A stretch of 56,417 bases of DNA from a virus. Lineage: Duplodnaviria > Caudoviricetes. The position numbers and the translations under genes were made by a program. This document shows positions 1 through 8,001 of this stretch, piece after piece; position 1 is the first letter of the stretch; every line of letters begins with the position of its first letter. The notes under the pieces are model-generated. The model searched no databases and had not been told where the DNA came from. It was given only the letters and a program-made list of their open reading frames with translations. Location: IMG/VR virus record IMGVR_UViG_3300049783_000966, positions 1 to 56,417 of that record, one strand, 5' to 3'.

Positions 1-277
1 GTAAAATATCCAGATCGTAAAGTTGCGCAGTCCGAAGCTGACACGTTAAATGGCAAACCGTTCAGCGTGTTTTTCTGGCGCGTCCTGCCATCCACTGCGC
101 TTCCTCTGACATCCACTGCGTCCGCTGCGCTTCCTCTGACATCGTTCGACACGTCGCAGTCCCTTGACGTAATTTGGGAAGCGTTGAGCAGTTACCGTGA
201 CGACTGCATTCCGGCTGGTTTTGATGAAAATGACAAAACTTGGGATGACGTCACCACTGCAATGGCGTGGATTACCG
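1..277. repeat. Terminal direct repeat, left copy (circular-assembly overlap)
   Basis: Matches 56162-56417 except for an extra 21 bp (atccactgcgcttcctctgac) and 2 SNPs. Confidence 0.95.
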
Positions 278-303
278 AAGCACTTGGGGTGGATCCATTA
301 TGA
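1..303 (+). CDS. 3' part of a hypothetical protein spanning the circular junction (starts at 55754)
   Basis: Frame is continuous from ATG 55754 through the repeat (VKYPDRK...) to the stop at 303. Confidence 0.75.
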   Translation, partial: VKYPDRKVAQSEADTLNGKPFSVFFWRVLPSTALPLTSTASAALPLTSFDTSQSLDVIWEALSSYRDDCIPAGFDENDKTWDDVTTAMAWITEALGVDPL

Positions 304-542
304 AACCAGCAACCAAAGCCATGATGGATGAGATTGTAGAACACGCGAACGCGGGTAACGACATCATCCCAATGTTCTTTCAGCCACGCAGGGGCGGTAT
401 TGATGCCACTGTATCAGCTGCAATCCGCTGCGCGAAGGCGCGCGGTCTGATTGTTCCGGCTGGCTTGGATGGTGTGGGTAATCCCATGTACCGCGCGCCG
501 GTCAAGTTACAGACGCACGCGGCACATATGACGATTAACTAA
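300..542 (+). CDS. Hypothetical protein
   Basis: ATGA overlap with the upstream stop; MKPATKAMMD... Confidence 0.7.
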   Translation: MKPATKAMMDEIVEHANAGNDIIPMFFQPRRGGIDATVSAAIRCAKARGLIVPAGLDGVGNPMYRAPVKLQTHAAHMTIN

Positions 543-548
543 TCGTGC

Positions 549-602
549 ACCCCTGTCAAAACCCCTGTCAAAACCTGTTGGAGGGTTTTGACAGTTTTGA
601 CA
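549..602. repeat. Iteron-like cluster: 2 direct CCCCTGTCAAAA units followed by 2 inverted TTTTGACA units
   Basis: acccctgtcaaaacccctgtcaaaacc tgttgga gggttttgacagttttgaca, intergenic. Confidence 0.8.
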
Positions 603-626
603 CCCCCTCCAAAAAAAGGAAAACCA

Positions 627-1343
627 ATGCCTGAATTCAAAGCTAGAGTAGCCATGAACGCCCGAGTTTACGGGTCCGTCACAATCGAAGCCAACACGCT
701 TGAAGAGGCGGGTAAACTGATTGATGCACAATATGTGTCTGATAATTTCACGCCACACGGTGGCAATAATGATATCGATTATTCGCACCCATCCGCTATC
801 TGGGTGGAATGTGTTCAAGATGAAGATGCCGACGATGATGCTGACAGTCTTACTGAATTTGATGTACCTGACGGGCCATGGATGAGGCATTCAGCCGTTT
901 CTCACGTTGAATCGCAGTCACCAGCAGAACAGCGCATTATCGATCAGATGACAGCCATGGCCTACATGCCGCAATTCTCGGACATTTCCGGTGTCTCGCT
1001 GCCGGATCCTGACATTCAAAAGATGCCGAAACGGCAAGTTAGGTTTGAATGCCAATACTGCCTTGAGGATGTATACTTTGACACAACTGCATATTGGGAT
1101 GCCGATATGCAGTGTTACCGTTTCAGCGATGATTTTAACAGCAATTATGCCTACTGCGGTGATTGTGGCGGGGAGGATTGTCTAAAGGTTGTTGATATTA
1201 CAACTGGTGATGTCTTGGGATTAAGCACGGATCAAGAGACGTGGATCCCGCTTGATCAGGCAAAGGCTGAACGCGACACCCAGCAGAAAGCCTATGACCA
1301 CAAATTCGCCAATTTGACGGCGCATAAGGAATCTCAATCGTGA
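627..1343 (+). CDS. Hypothetical acidic protein with a C-terminal zinc ribbon
   Basis: AAGGA RBS before ATG 627; CQYC...CGDC motifs. Confidence 0.75.
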   Translation: MPEFKARVAMNARVYGSVTIEANTLEEAGKLIDAQYVSDNFTPHGGNNDIDYSHPSAIWVECVQDEDADDDADSLTEFDVPDGPWMRHSAVSHVESQSPAEQRIIDQMTAMAYMPQFSDISGVSLPDPDIQKMPKRQVRFECQYCLEDVYFDTTAYWDADMQCYRFSDDFNSNYAYCGDCGGEDCLKVVDITTGDVLGLSTDQETWIPLDQAKAERDTQQKAYDHKFANLTAHKESQS

Positions 1344-2863
1344 ATGATCTGGGCCCAGAACAATTCAACATCCCGTTTGCAGTGGACCCTACCCCCCGAC
1401 AAGAAGGCGAGGCACTGATCATCGATAATTTTGCAGGCGGGGGCGGTGCCTCAACCGGCATTGAGCGCGCCTTGGGTCGTTCCCCAGACTTTGCAATCAA
1501 TCATGATCCAATCGCGCTTGCCATGCATGAGGTAAATCACCCAGCAACAACGCACCTGACGTCGAGCGTGTGGGCCATAGATCCGCGCGATCTTGTGAAG
1601 CGCGGCCAAAAAGTTGGCTTGGCGTGGTTCTCGCCTGACTGCAAACACCACAGCAAAGCGAAAGGCGGGAAACCAGTAGAAAAAAACATCAGAGATTTGG
1701 CGTGGGTGGTTATCTCGTGGGCCGAATTGGTGTCGCCCGACATCATCATGTTGGAAAACGTCGAGGAATTCAAAGATTGGTGCCCCTTGACCGATGAAAA
1801 CAGACCGGATCTATCCCGTCGCGGCGAGACCTTCCGCGAATGGCTCAAGAGGCTGCGTGCACTTGGCTATAAGGTTGAACATCGCGAATTGCGCGCCTGT
1901 GACTATGGCGCACCTACTATTCGCAAGCGTCTGTTTGTGATAGCGCGGCGCGATGGTCGACCAATCATATGGCCCGAAGCCACACATGGCGCTCCGGATA
2001 GTCCGGACGTGGTCAATGGGACGTGCAAACCATGGCGCACAGCGGCCGAGATTATCGACTGGTCCCTGCCTTATCCGTCGATTTTCGACACGAAGCAGGA
2101 AATTTGGGACAAGTATGGCCTGCGCGCTATTCGCCCATTGGCTGACAACACGTTGCGGCGCGTCGCGGCAGGCATCAAGCGCTACGTTCTGGACGCTGAT
2201 GAACCATATTTTGTGACATATGGTCAGCATGGCGGGGTGAACAGATCCGCAAGTGATCCAATGCACACCATCACAGCCAGCCGAAAGGACCAAAACGCGG
2301 TTGTTGCGGCGTTTCTAGCCCAACACAACACCGAGCGCAGGGGTGTGAACCCCGGAAAGGATGTGCGGTTGCCTTTGGCGACGCTGACGACGCGTGCGAC
2401 GCAGATCAACGTGGTAGCGGCGCACATTCAGTCGATGCACGGGACAACGCGCAGGGATCGCCCATTAAATGCCCCCCTGCAAACTCTGACAGCCGGGGGC
2501 GGCCATGCTGCTTTGGTTGCGGCGTTTCTCACCAAATACTACGGCAGCGGTGATAATGGTGCAGATATGAATGATCCAATGCACACATTGACGACGCCCG
2601 ACCGGTTTAATTTGGTGATGTGCAGCGTCGCAGGCGTGCCGCATTACATTTATGACATCGGAATGCGGATGCTTTCGGCGCGGGAAGCCTTCAACGCGCA
2701 AGGATTCCCGCCGTCTTACATAATCGACGTGGGCCCAGACGGGCGCGTGTTCACCAAGACCGAGCAAACCAGAATGTGTGGCAACAGTGTGCCCCCTGAT
2801 TTATCAGAGGCATTGTGTCGCGCGAACGCGGGGCATTTGTCCCGCCTTGAGGTGGCGGCATGA
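1340..2863 (+). CDS. C5 DNA cytosine methyltransferase (phage type)
   Basis: Motif I FAGGGG, catalytic SPDC, ENV motif, R-x-R (TIRKRLF), C-terminal GNSV. Confidence 0.95.
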   Translation: MNDLGPEQFNIPFAVDPTPRQEGEALIIDNFAGGGGASTGIERALGRSPDFAINHDPIALAMHEVNHPATTHLTSSVWAIDPRDLVKRGQKVGLAWFSPDCKHHSKAKGGKPVEKNIRDLAWVVISWAELVSPDIIMLENVEEFKDWCPLTDENRPDLSRRGETFREWLKRLRALGYKVEHRELRACDYGAPTIRKRLFVIARRDGRPIIWPEATHGAPDSPDVVNGTCKPWRTAAEIIDWSLPYPSIFDTKQEIWDKYGLRAIRPLADNTLRRVAAGIKRYVLDADEPYFVTYGQHGGVNRSASDPMHTITASRKDQNAVVAAFLAQHNTERRGVNPGKDVRLPLATLTTRATQINVVAAHIQSMHGTTRRDRPLNAPLQTLTAGGGHAALVAAFLTKYYGSGDNGADMNDPMHTLTTPDRFNLVMCSVAGVPHYIYDIGMRMLSAREAFNAQGFPPSYIIDVGPDGRVFTKTEQTRMCGNSVPPDLSEALCRANAGHLSRLEVAA

Positions 2864-3150
2864 CTATGAGCAAGAGGTCCAATGATATGACAGATGCGGA
2901 ATTTTTCAACACAATGTCACCAGTTGAACGCCTGCGCGAATTTAACGATTTGTGCGGGATGGTTTTTCCGGGCGACACGCAAAAACGGATTGCGTGCAAA
3001 ATTGGTGTCAGTCGAAAGACTGTTTCCGAATGGCACAGGACATCAATCGTTCCTACGTGGGCACTTCTGTTGGTTCTTGCGTGGTCAACAATTGGCAGCC
3101 ACCAGCTGCTCCCAATTGGGTCAAGACAAAAAACGTCTCCTGCACCTTGA
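2860..3150 (+). CDS. Small helix-turn-helix DNA-binding protein
   Basis: TQKRIACKIGVSRKTVSEW HTH pattern. Confidence 0.7.
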   Translation: MTMSKRSNDMTDAEFFNTMSPVERLREFNDLCGMVFPGDTQKRIACKIGVSRKTVSEWHRTSIVPTWALLLVLAWSTIGSHQLLPIGSRQKTSPAP

Positions 3151-3508
3151 TAGGCAGCAGGCGCAACAGTTCGGGCGCGGGATGCCAGTCAGTTAAGACG
3201 GCCCCGCGCTTGTTGTTACATCCAGCACACGCGGCCACAAAATTGGCCTTATATTCGGAACCGCCGTGGCAAAGTGGGATGATGTGATCAATGGTTGCCT
3301 TACGTCTATCCAGATCTTGGCGCGATAATTCCTTGCCGGTTTCCAAATAGATCAGGTTTGCCGCTGCCTTGTATGACATGCGGCGCGGCAACCACATCAT
3401 TCCCATACACCAAATACATTTACTGTGTTGTGTTCCAACGCGCACTTCTAAAATTTGACGGCGTTTTCTATCCCGCTGAATGGCGCGGGCACGTTTCTGC
3501 TCACTCAC
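3053..3508 (-). CDS. HNH endonuclease
   Basis: CIWC...TIDHIIP..GG...N...AC..CN..R. Confidence 0.9.
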   Translation of the reverse strand: MSEQKRARAIQRDRKRRQILEVRVGTQHSKCIWCMGMMWLPRRMSYKAAANLIYLETGKELSRQDLDRRKATIDHIIPLCHGGSEYKANFVAACAGCNNKRGAVLTDWHPAPELLRLLPIKVQETFFVLTQLGAAGGCQLLTTQEPTEVPT

Positions 3509-4047
3509 TTAGACGTTCTCCCGACAAACTCAATTGGACCGCAATGCCTGACGTCGAACAGATACCAAGCAACGTTATCTTTGCCTGTGTGCGGAGAGCC
3601 TTCTATCCAGCGCATGCGACCAACAGACAATACGCGGACCAGGCGCGTCAAGTATGGGGCAGCTTGCACGGTGTGGATCCAGTCGGCATCGAACAACAGC
3701 CAAGTAGGGCGCATATCCGAGAAGTGAATTATCATCTGGTGCAACAGATCGCGCGACCAGACGGGGTTGGTGATGATGTGCGTAGCGGGGGTGGTGTTGA
3801 TATCCTCGAATGTCACGCCCATAGCGTCTACACGGTAGATGCCTTCGGCGTCGGGGGTGATATCGCTTGCCACGACGCATTCAGCGCCATGTGACTGCAA
3901 TCCATCGACTAGATGGCCCGCGCCCGCGCATGGCTCCCAGAATTTGCACTGAACCGGCAGATGCGGTGCGAGGGCATCAACGGCCTTGGGATGCCAAGTC
4001 AAATATTTGTCTTGCGGCCTGCGGGTGAAATTGCTGCGCTTACCCAT
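3505..4047 (-). CDS. Phage N6A/N4C DNA methyltransferase-like protein
   Basis: WEPCAGAG SAM-binding motif I; IITNPVW motif IV variant; N-terminal D-x-Y-x-T. Confidence 0.8.
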   Translation of the reverse strand: MGKRSNFTRRPQDKYLTWHPKAVDALAPHLPVQCKFWEPCAGAGHLVDGLQSHGAECVVASDITPDAEGIYRVDAMGVTFEDINTTPATHIITNPVWSRDLLHQMIIHFSDMRPTWLLFDADWIHTVQAAPYLTRLVRVLSVGRMRWIEGSPHTGKDNVAWYLFDVRHCGPIEFVGRTSK

Positions 4048-4940
4048 CAGAAAACCACCCTTACGTTCGATAGGTCTTCTTTTGTCACCAAGCCAGCGTT
4101 CAGCATTTCAGATGCCATACAGTGATTTATGGCGGTGACGGGAATGTTGTGTTCTAGTTTCACTTCGTTGGCCCAGAATTCCAGCACTTCGCGGCGGCCG
4201 CTTTTGCTAGGCGGGGCTTTGGGTTGGTTTTCCTTCCACAATCCGCGCTCTGGGTGCAAAAAATTATCCGATTGTTGGATTTTACCGTCTGTCCAATTTT
4301 TTGTTTTCTCAGCATATGCCCTTGCCGACGCCACAAGGGTTTCGGGTGGTACACCAGACTTGATCAAATCATCCCAGCGCTGATTGCCTTGGGGACTGCC
4401 TGATGGGTTGGGGTGTGCTGTCATAAAACGTTCGTAGTCTCGCGCGTCTTGAGTAGAAGAAGATTTATCTTCTTCTATATGGTATATGGCTTCTGGTTTC
4501 TGGGTGTTAACCTTGGGGTTAACCCTCGTTGGCGGTTTTTCCTTTGTTAATAAGGCTGGGTTGCCACCAGTTCGACCGTTTAAAATGTCACGTTCGGCCT
4601 TTTCAAAGTCTCGAACAATGCGTCTACAATAGAGGAACCCGCGATCATCACGGCTTGAAACGCCTGCCCCTTCAATCTCTGATAACAGCTTTTTGGTGGT
4701 TCTCGGGTTGTCTCCAAGGATACTTGCCAACTCCGCGATGGTCATCGGACGGGGCACCTTGACCACGGTAGCAAGGTCCACATCAAACATTTCGGAATAC
4801 ACCTCTAGGCGACCTGTACCCTCATCAAACATCAATCCCATGATGTCGAACCACAGCGAACGCGCAGCGCGGGAAATTAGCTTGAGCTTTTTTTCAGCCC
4901 GCCAATCCGAGAAATACAACTTCATAAACCGGTTAGCCAA
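4047..4940 (-). CDS. Replication initiator / replisome organizer (YdaU/DUF1376-like)
   Basis: MKLYFSDW N-terminus, winged-helix-like region, G.TGGNP linker; lies downstream of the Cro-like gene. Confidence 0.75.
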   Translation of the reverse strand: MANRFMKLYFSDWRAEKKLKLISRAARSLWFDIMGLMFDEGTGRLEVYSEMFDVDLATVVKVPRPMTIAELASILGDNPRTTKKLLSEIEGAGVSSRDDRGFLYCRRIVRDFEKAERDILNGRTGGNPALLTKEKPPTRVNPKVNTQKPEAIYHIEEDKSSSTQDARDYERFMTAHPNPSGSPQGNQRWDDLIKSGVPPETLVASARAYAEKTKNWTDGKIQQSDNFLHPERGLWKENQPKAPPSKSGRREVLEFWANEVKLEHNIPVTAINHCMASEMLNAGLVTKEDLSNVRVVF

Positions 4941-4982
4941 GTTGCATCACCGACACGCCGACATGGCACCATACAACAATCA

Positions 4983-5312
4983 TCAATCAGTGACCGGAGA
5001 ATGGTGGTGATCGCCATCAACGACATTGATCAACTGGTTGATTTCTACGTGGGGAATTGTGGCATCATTTGGCCATAGTGTTCGGATTGCTTCTGTTGCC
5101 AATATCAGGCGTGCGGTGCTTAGATCCCCGCCCGCGCGCAGCATTGTGACTTTTTTGCTGTCTTTGAATATCCGCATGCTGGCGGTGATGTCTTTCAAAT
5201 CGCCAGCACATTCAACGCGATATCGGTCAACCAGCGCCAAAAAGGCGGTGATGTAAGGCGACGCTACGCCTTTGGTTTCTGCGGGTGCGATTTTCGCTTT
5301 TTGATTGGTCAT
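4983..5312 (-). CDS. Cro-like transcriptional regulator of alphaproteobacterial phages
   Basis: FLALVDRY...SMRIFKDSKKVTMLRAGGDLSTAR...WP pattern; first gene of the leftward operon. Confidence 0.6.
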   Translation of the reverse strand: MTNQKAKIAPAETKGVASPYITAFLALVDRYRVECAGDLKDITASMRIFKDSKKVTMLRAGGDLSTARLILATEAIRTLWPNDATIPHVEINQLINVVDGDHHHSPVTD

Positions 5313-5319
5313 ACAACCG

Positions 5320-5348
5320 GACCTAGCTGCATTTATTTTCAAATGCAA
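5320..5348 (-). promoter_or_regulatory. Leftward promoter TTGCAT-17-TAGGTC overlapped by the palindrome TGCATTT-N6-AAATGCA
   Basis: Inverted repeat 5328-5347; ATG 5312 lies about 7 nt after the -10, suggesting a leaderless transcript. Confidence 0.5.
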
Positions 5349-5362
5349 AGGTTAACTGACCC

Positions 5363-5377
5363 GTTCCCCTTATGTTC
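5363..5377. promoter_or_regulatory. Alphaproteobacterial LexA (SOS) box GTTC-N7-GTTC
   Basis: gttc cccttat gttc, exact consensus, in the divergent intergenic region. Confidence 0.65.
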
Positions 5378-5395
5378 CTGCCTGCATCCGGCTTA

Positions 5396-5423
5396 TTGAC
5401 TTGGGTTAATTAACCTGTATTTT
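5396..5423 (+). promoter_or_regulatory. Rightward sigma70-like promoter with a palindromic operator in the spacer
   Basis: TTGACT-16-TATTTT; perfect palindrome GGTTAATTAACC at 5404-5415. Confidence 0.55.
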
Positions 5424-5457
5424 GATCCATGTATTATCCCTTTTAGAAAGCGAGATT

Positions 5458-5637
5458 ATGTCACCAGAATTTAGACCAGCTAAGTGGATGTTGGACGCGA
5501 CGAAGCGCGATAGGCGCAAGGAATTATTCACCAAGGTGTTCGATTTTTTTGCTTTTTTGGTTTGCTTTGGCTGGGTGGCTTTAAGTTCGTTTATTGTCAT
5601 TTATCTCATTGCATGGGGGTGGGCAAACTATGTCTGA
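5458..5637 (+). CDS. Small membrane protein
   Basis: Hydrophobic C-terminal helix FFAFLVCFGWVALSSFIVIYLIAW. Confidence 0.6.
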   Translation: MSPEFRPAKWMLDATKRDRRKELFTKVFDFFAFLVCFGWVALSSFIVIYLIAWGWANYV

Positions 5638-5645
5638 TACAAGAA

Positions 5646-5668
5646 GCGCTGGGCATGAAGCCCAGCGC
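5646..5668. terminator. 9-bp GC hairpin (terminator-like on the minus strand, or an RNA element)
   Basis: gcgctgggc atgaa gcccagcgc; minus-strand tail ttctt. Confidence 0.45.
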
Positions 5669-5691
5669 CCCGAAACTGAAAAGGAATATCA

Positions 5692-6057
5692 ATGGGTTAT
5701 CGTCAGGAATTCCCCTTGCGGGTCAAAGAGGCAGCGTTTGAGCGATCCAACGGCGTGTGCCAGTGTGGGTGTGGTGTTAAATTTGGGACCCATCCCAAGG
5801 AACGGCCACACTATGACCATGTCTTGAACGCGAGGATGGGTGGCAAGGGCACGCTGGATAATTGCGAAGTCTTGCGCGTGTCCTGCCATGAGGCGAAGAC
5901 CCTGCGGGATGACACACCCAAAATTGCCAAAATAAACCGCGAAGTGAAGCGTCAGCGCAACATCAGCGCCGTTAAGGTGCCAATGCCGGGGTCTAAGGGA
6001 TCCGGCATGCGCAGGGGTTTTGATGGAGTTGTACGTTTTGAGGGGCGCGATCAGTGA
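5692..6057 (+). CDS. HNH endonuclease family protein
   Basis: CQCGC...YDH.....GG..TLDNC..L...CH..KT. Confidence 0.85.
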   Translation: MGYRQEFPLRVKEAAFERSNGVCQCGCGVKFGTHPKERPHYDHVLNARMGGKGTLDNCEVLRVSCHEAKTLRDDTPKIAKINREVKRQRNISAVKVPMPGSKGSGMRRGFDGVVRFEGRDQ

Positions 6058-6410
6058 ACAATACCCATATCCCGCCATTACGGAACCGCCCTCCCAATCG
6101 TCGACCAGCTGTAACCCGCATGATGACTTGGAAAACAGAGGTTTCGAGCCATAATTTCCACATCACCATTGGCTACGACCACAATAGCCTCAAGCCCGTG
6201 GAAGTTTTCTACGCAGACGGGCAGACTGTTGGATCGCAGTTGCAACACGCCATTCAAGACGCTTGTGTTTTGATCAGCCTGTTGCTGCAACACGGTGTGG
6301 ATCCCATTGTTATCGCCAAGAGCCTTTCTACCACGCCCATCTTTGGTGAGGTTCTGCCCTCTACGGTGGTCGGTGTCATCGCATCGGCTGTTCAGGACGG
6401 CGAATTATGA
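6054..6410 (+). CDS. Stand-alone TSCPD domain protein (NrdJ C-terminal / NrdJb-like)
   Basis: PNRRPAVT...HITIGY...PVEVF...LISLLLQHGVDP..IAKSL. Confidence 0.75.
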   Translation: MNNTHIPPLRNRPPNRRPAVTRMMTWKTEVSSHNFHITIGYDHNSLKPVEVFYADGQTVGSQLQHAIQDACVLISLLLQHGVDPIVIAKSLSTTPIFGEVLPSTVVGVIASAVQDGEL

Positions 6411-6562
6411 GTGATCGGACAATCAAGATCATCAATAGTCGGACGGCAGAGGATCTGTATTGGCTGTTGCATGCTTGGGCCGAACGCAAAGAAGACCTCA
6501 CCCCTCACGAGAAAATTGCAGTGGAGAGGCGCAATGCGTCGTTCCGGAACGGAAAAGGATAA
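6407..6562 (+). CDS. Small hypothetical protein (51 aa, absent from the ORF track)
   Basis: ATGA overlap with the TSCPD gene; MSDRTIKIINSRTAEDLYWLLHAW... Confidence 0.55.
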   Translation: MSDRTIKIINSRTAEDLYWLLHAWAERKEDLTPHEKIAVERRNASFRNGKG

Positions 6563-6566
6563 TAAT

Positions 6567-7262
6567 TTGGAAGATCAACGTGCCGCACAGACAGCCCACA
6601 CCATGAACACCGCGCGCGAACTTTTGGCCGGTGTTGAAACGCCACACTCCATGCGGTCACGTCCTATCGATCACAGGGGGTTTCCTGTGCCTTGGTTTGT
6701 CACCCAAAAAACGCCGGATGACCGTTGGGACTTTGTCGACATCAAGCAAACGCGGGCAATGGAAGCCGTGAAGCATGAAAAGTGTTGGGTCAGCGGCCAA
6801 CGCCTTGGAACTTACAAGGCCTATTGCGTTGGGCCCATGTGCGTCATCAACCGGACGGCAGGGGATCCACCCACAACAAAGGAAATCGCCCTTTGGAGTG
6901 TGAAGGTCTGCCCGTTTATGTCTCGACCATTGGCGAGGCGTGAAAATCACAGCGATGATGCGGTGGCAGAGGGCGCAGGGCTTGGTGGCATCGGAATTAT
7001 GCGCAATCCGGGCGTCACCGCTGTGTGGGTGTCGAAAAACAGCAGATTTGAGAGCCATAGGCGGGGTTTCAATCTTGGGGATCCCGAAGAAGTGACGTGG
7101 TGGTGCAAGGGTCGCCCCGCGACGCGCGAGGAAGTCGATGCGTCAATCGCGTCAGGCATTCACCACCTTCAAAAGATGGCGGCAGAAGAAGGCTGGTTGG
7201 CGCAGCAAGAGTTGCTTGACTACATCAAACGCGCGCAGCCGTTGTTACCTGCACCACAGTAA
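6567..7262 (+). CDS. Conserved-looking phage hypothetical protein
   Basis: AAGGA RBS before TTG 6567; GFPVPWFV...CWVSG...GPMC..NR...CPFM. Confidence 0.75.
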   Translation: MEDQRAAQTAHTMNTARELLAGVETPHSMRSRPIDHRGFPVPWFVTQKTPDDRWDFVDIKQTRAMEAVKHEKCWVSGQRLGTYKAYCVGPMCVINRTAGDPPTTKEIALWSVKVCPFMSRPLARRENHSDDAVAEGAGLGGIGIMRNPGVTAVWVSKNSRFESHRRGFNLGDPEEVTWWCKGRPATREEVDASIASGIHHLQKMAAEEGWLAQQELLDYIKRAQPLLPAPQ

Positions 7263-7300
7263 TAATTATCACCAAAACCCAACAGAGAAAGTCACATTCC

Positions 7301-7741
7301 ATGATACTTACTGCAACTGCTTTTACAGCAACCGCGCCCGAAGGATCCGGCCTTTCCATTGCCCTCGCAGAATCCGGCAAGGCAAAACGCCAGTACATGC
7401 GTCTCGGGATTACAGCGGCAGCGCAACTTGAACACTTTGGGCGGATGTTGACCGACGATGATGCCGTGGCGCTTGAAATTGATAACGCTGCGGGAAAAAA
7501 TCATGCCTTAAAAATCAAGATCGTCGGCAAAATGGTTAACAGTGCGATCATGTTGTCGGGTGGCATCAAGGATAGTCGGTATTGTAAAGTGGTGCCATGG
7601 AACCAAGTCGCGCCCGGAAAGCGTCCCGCCGAGCGGATGATTATTATTTCAAACAACAGCGACATGGCAGTAATTTGCCGTCTGCCTGATTGGGCGCGAC
7701 CTCGCGCGCTCAAAATAGGGGAAGGTGAGGCTATGTCATGA
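7301..7741 (+). CDS. Hypothetical protein
   Basis: 146-aa ORF in operon. Confidence 0.7.
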   Translation: MILTATAFTATAPEGSGLSIALAESGKAKRQYMRLGITAAAQLEHFGRMLTDDDAVALEIDNAAGKNHALKIKIVGKMVNSAIMLSGGIKDSRYCKVVPWNQVAPGKRPAERMIIISNNSDMAVICRLPDWARPRALKIGEGEAMS

Positions 7742-8001
7742 CGTTGGCAGGCACCCTTGCCCTAACAGCGGTCATCACCCTTTCTGGGGGTGATGATAGC
7801 GCGCCGCCGTCGATGGTTCCGGGTTGTGTCAAAACAATACCGTTTCTGGAATTGAACGCTGTGGAAAACGACGAAGGCTTGGTCCCTCTCTTCAAAATGA
7901 TCGATCTTTGCGTTGAATTTGGGATCATATGCCGTCCGGCTGGGGGCGACTATGCGGGGCCCCTGACGTGTGCAGGCATGTTTGCCGCGGTTCCTGTGTG
8001 A
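7738..8001 (+). CDS. Hypothetical protein with a hydrophobic N-terminus
   Basis: ATGA overlap; hydrophobic N-terminus; 4 Cys. Confidence 0.6.
   Translation: MTLAGTLALTAVITLSGGDDSAPPSMVPGCVKTIPFLELNAVENDEGLVPLFKMIDLCVEFGIICRPAGGDYAGPLTCAGMFAAVPV

Noticed and set aside
3295-3894. 199-aa plus-strand ORF
   Set aside because: Antisense to the motif-supported HNH and MTase genes
4506-4523. TTAA-N8-TTAA as a CtrA box
   Set aside because: CtrA consensus spacing is N7, and the site is intragenic
6411-6566. Upstream extension of the ORF 6411-7262
   Set aside because: Better explained by a separate 51-aa ORF (6407-6562) and an RBS-supported TTG start at 6567
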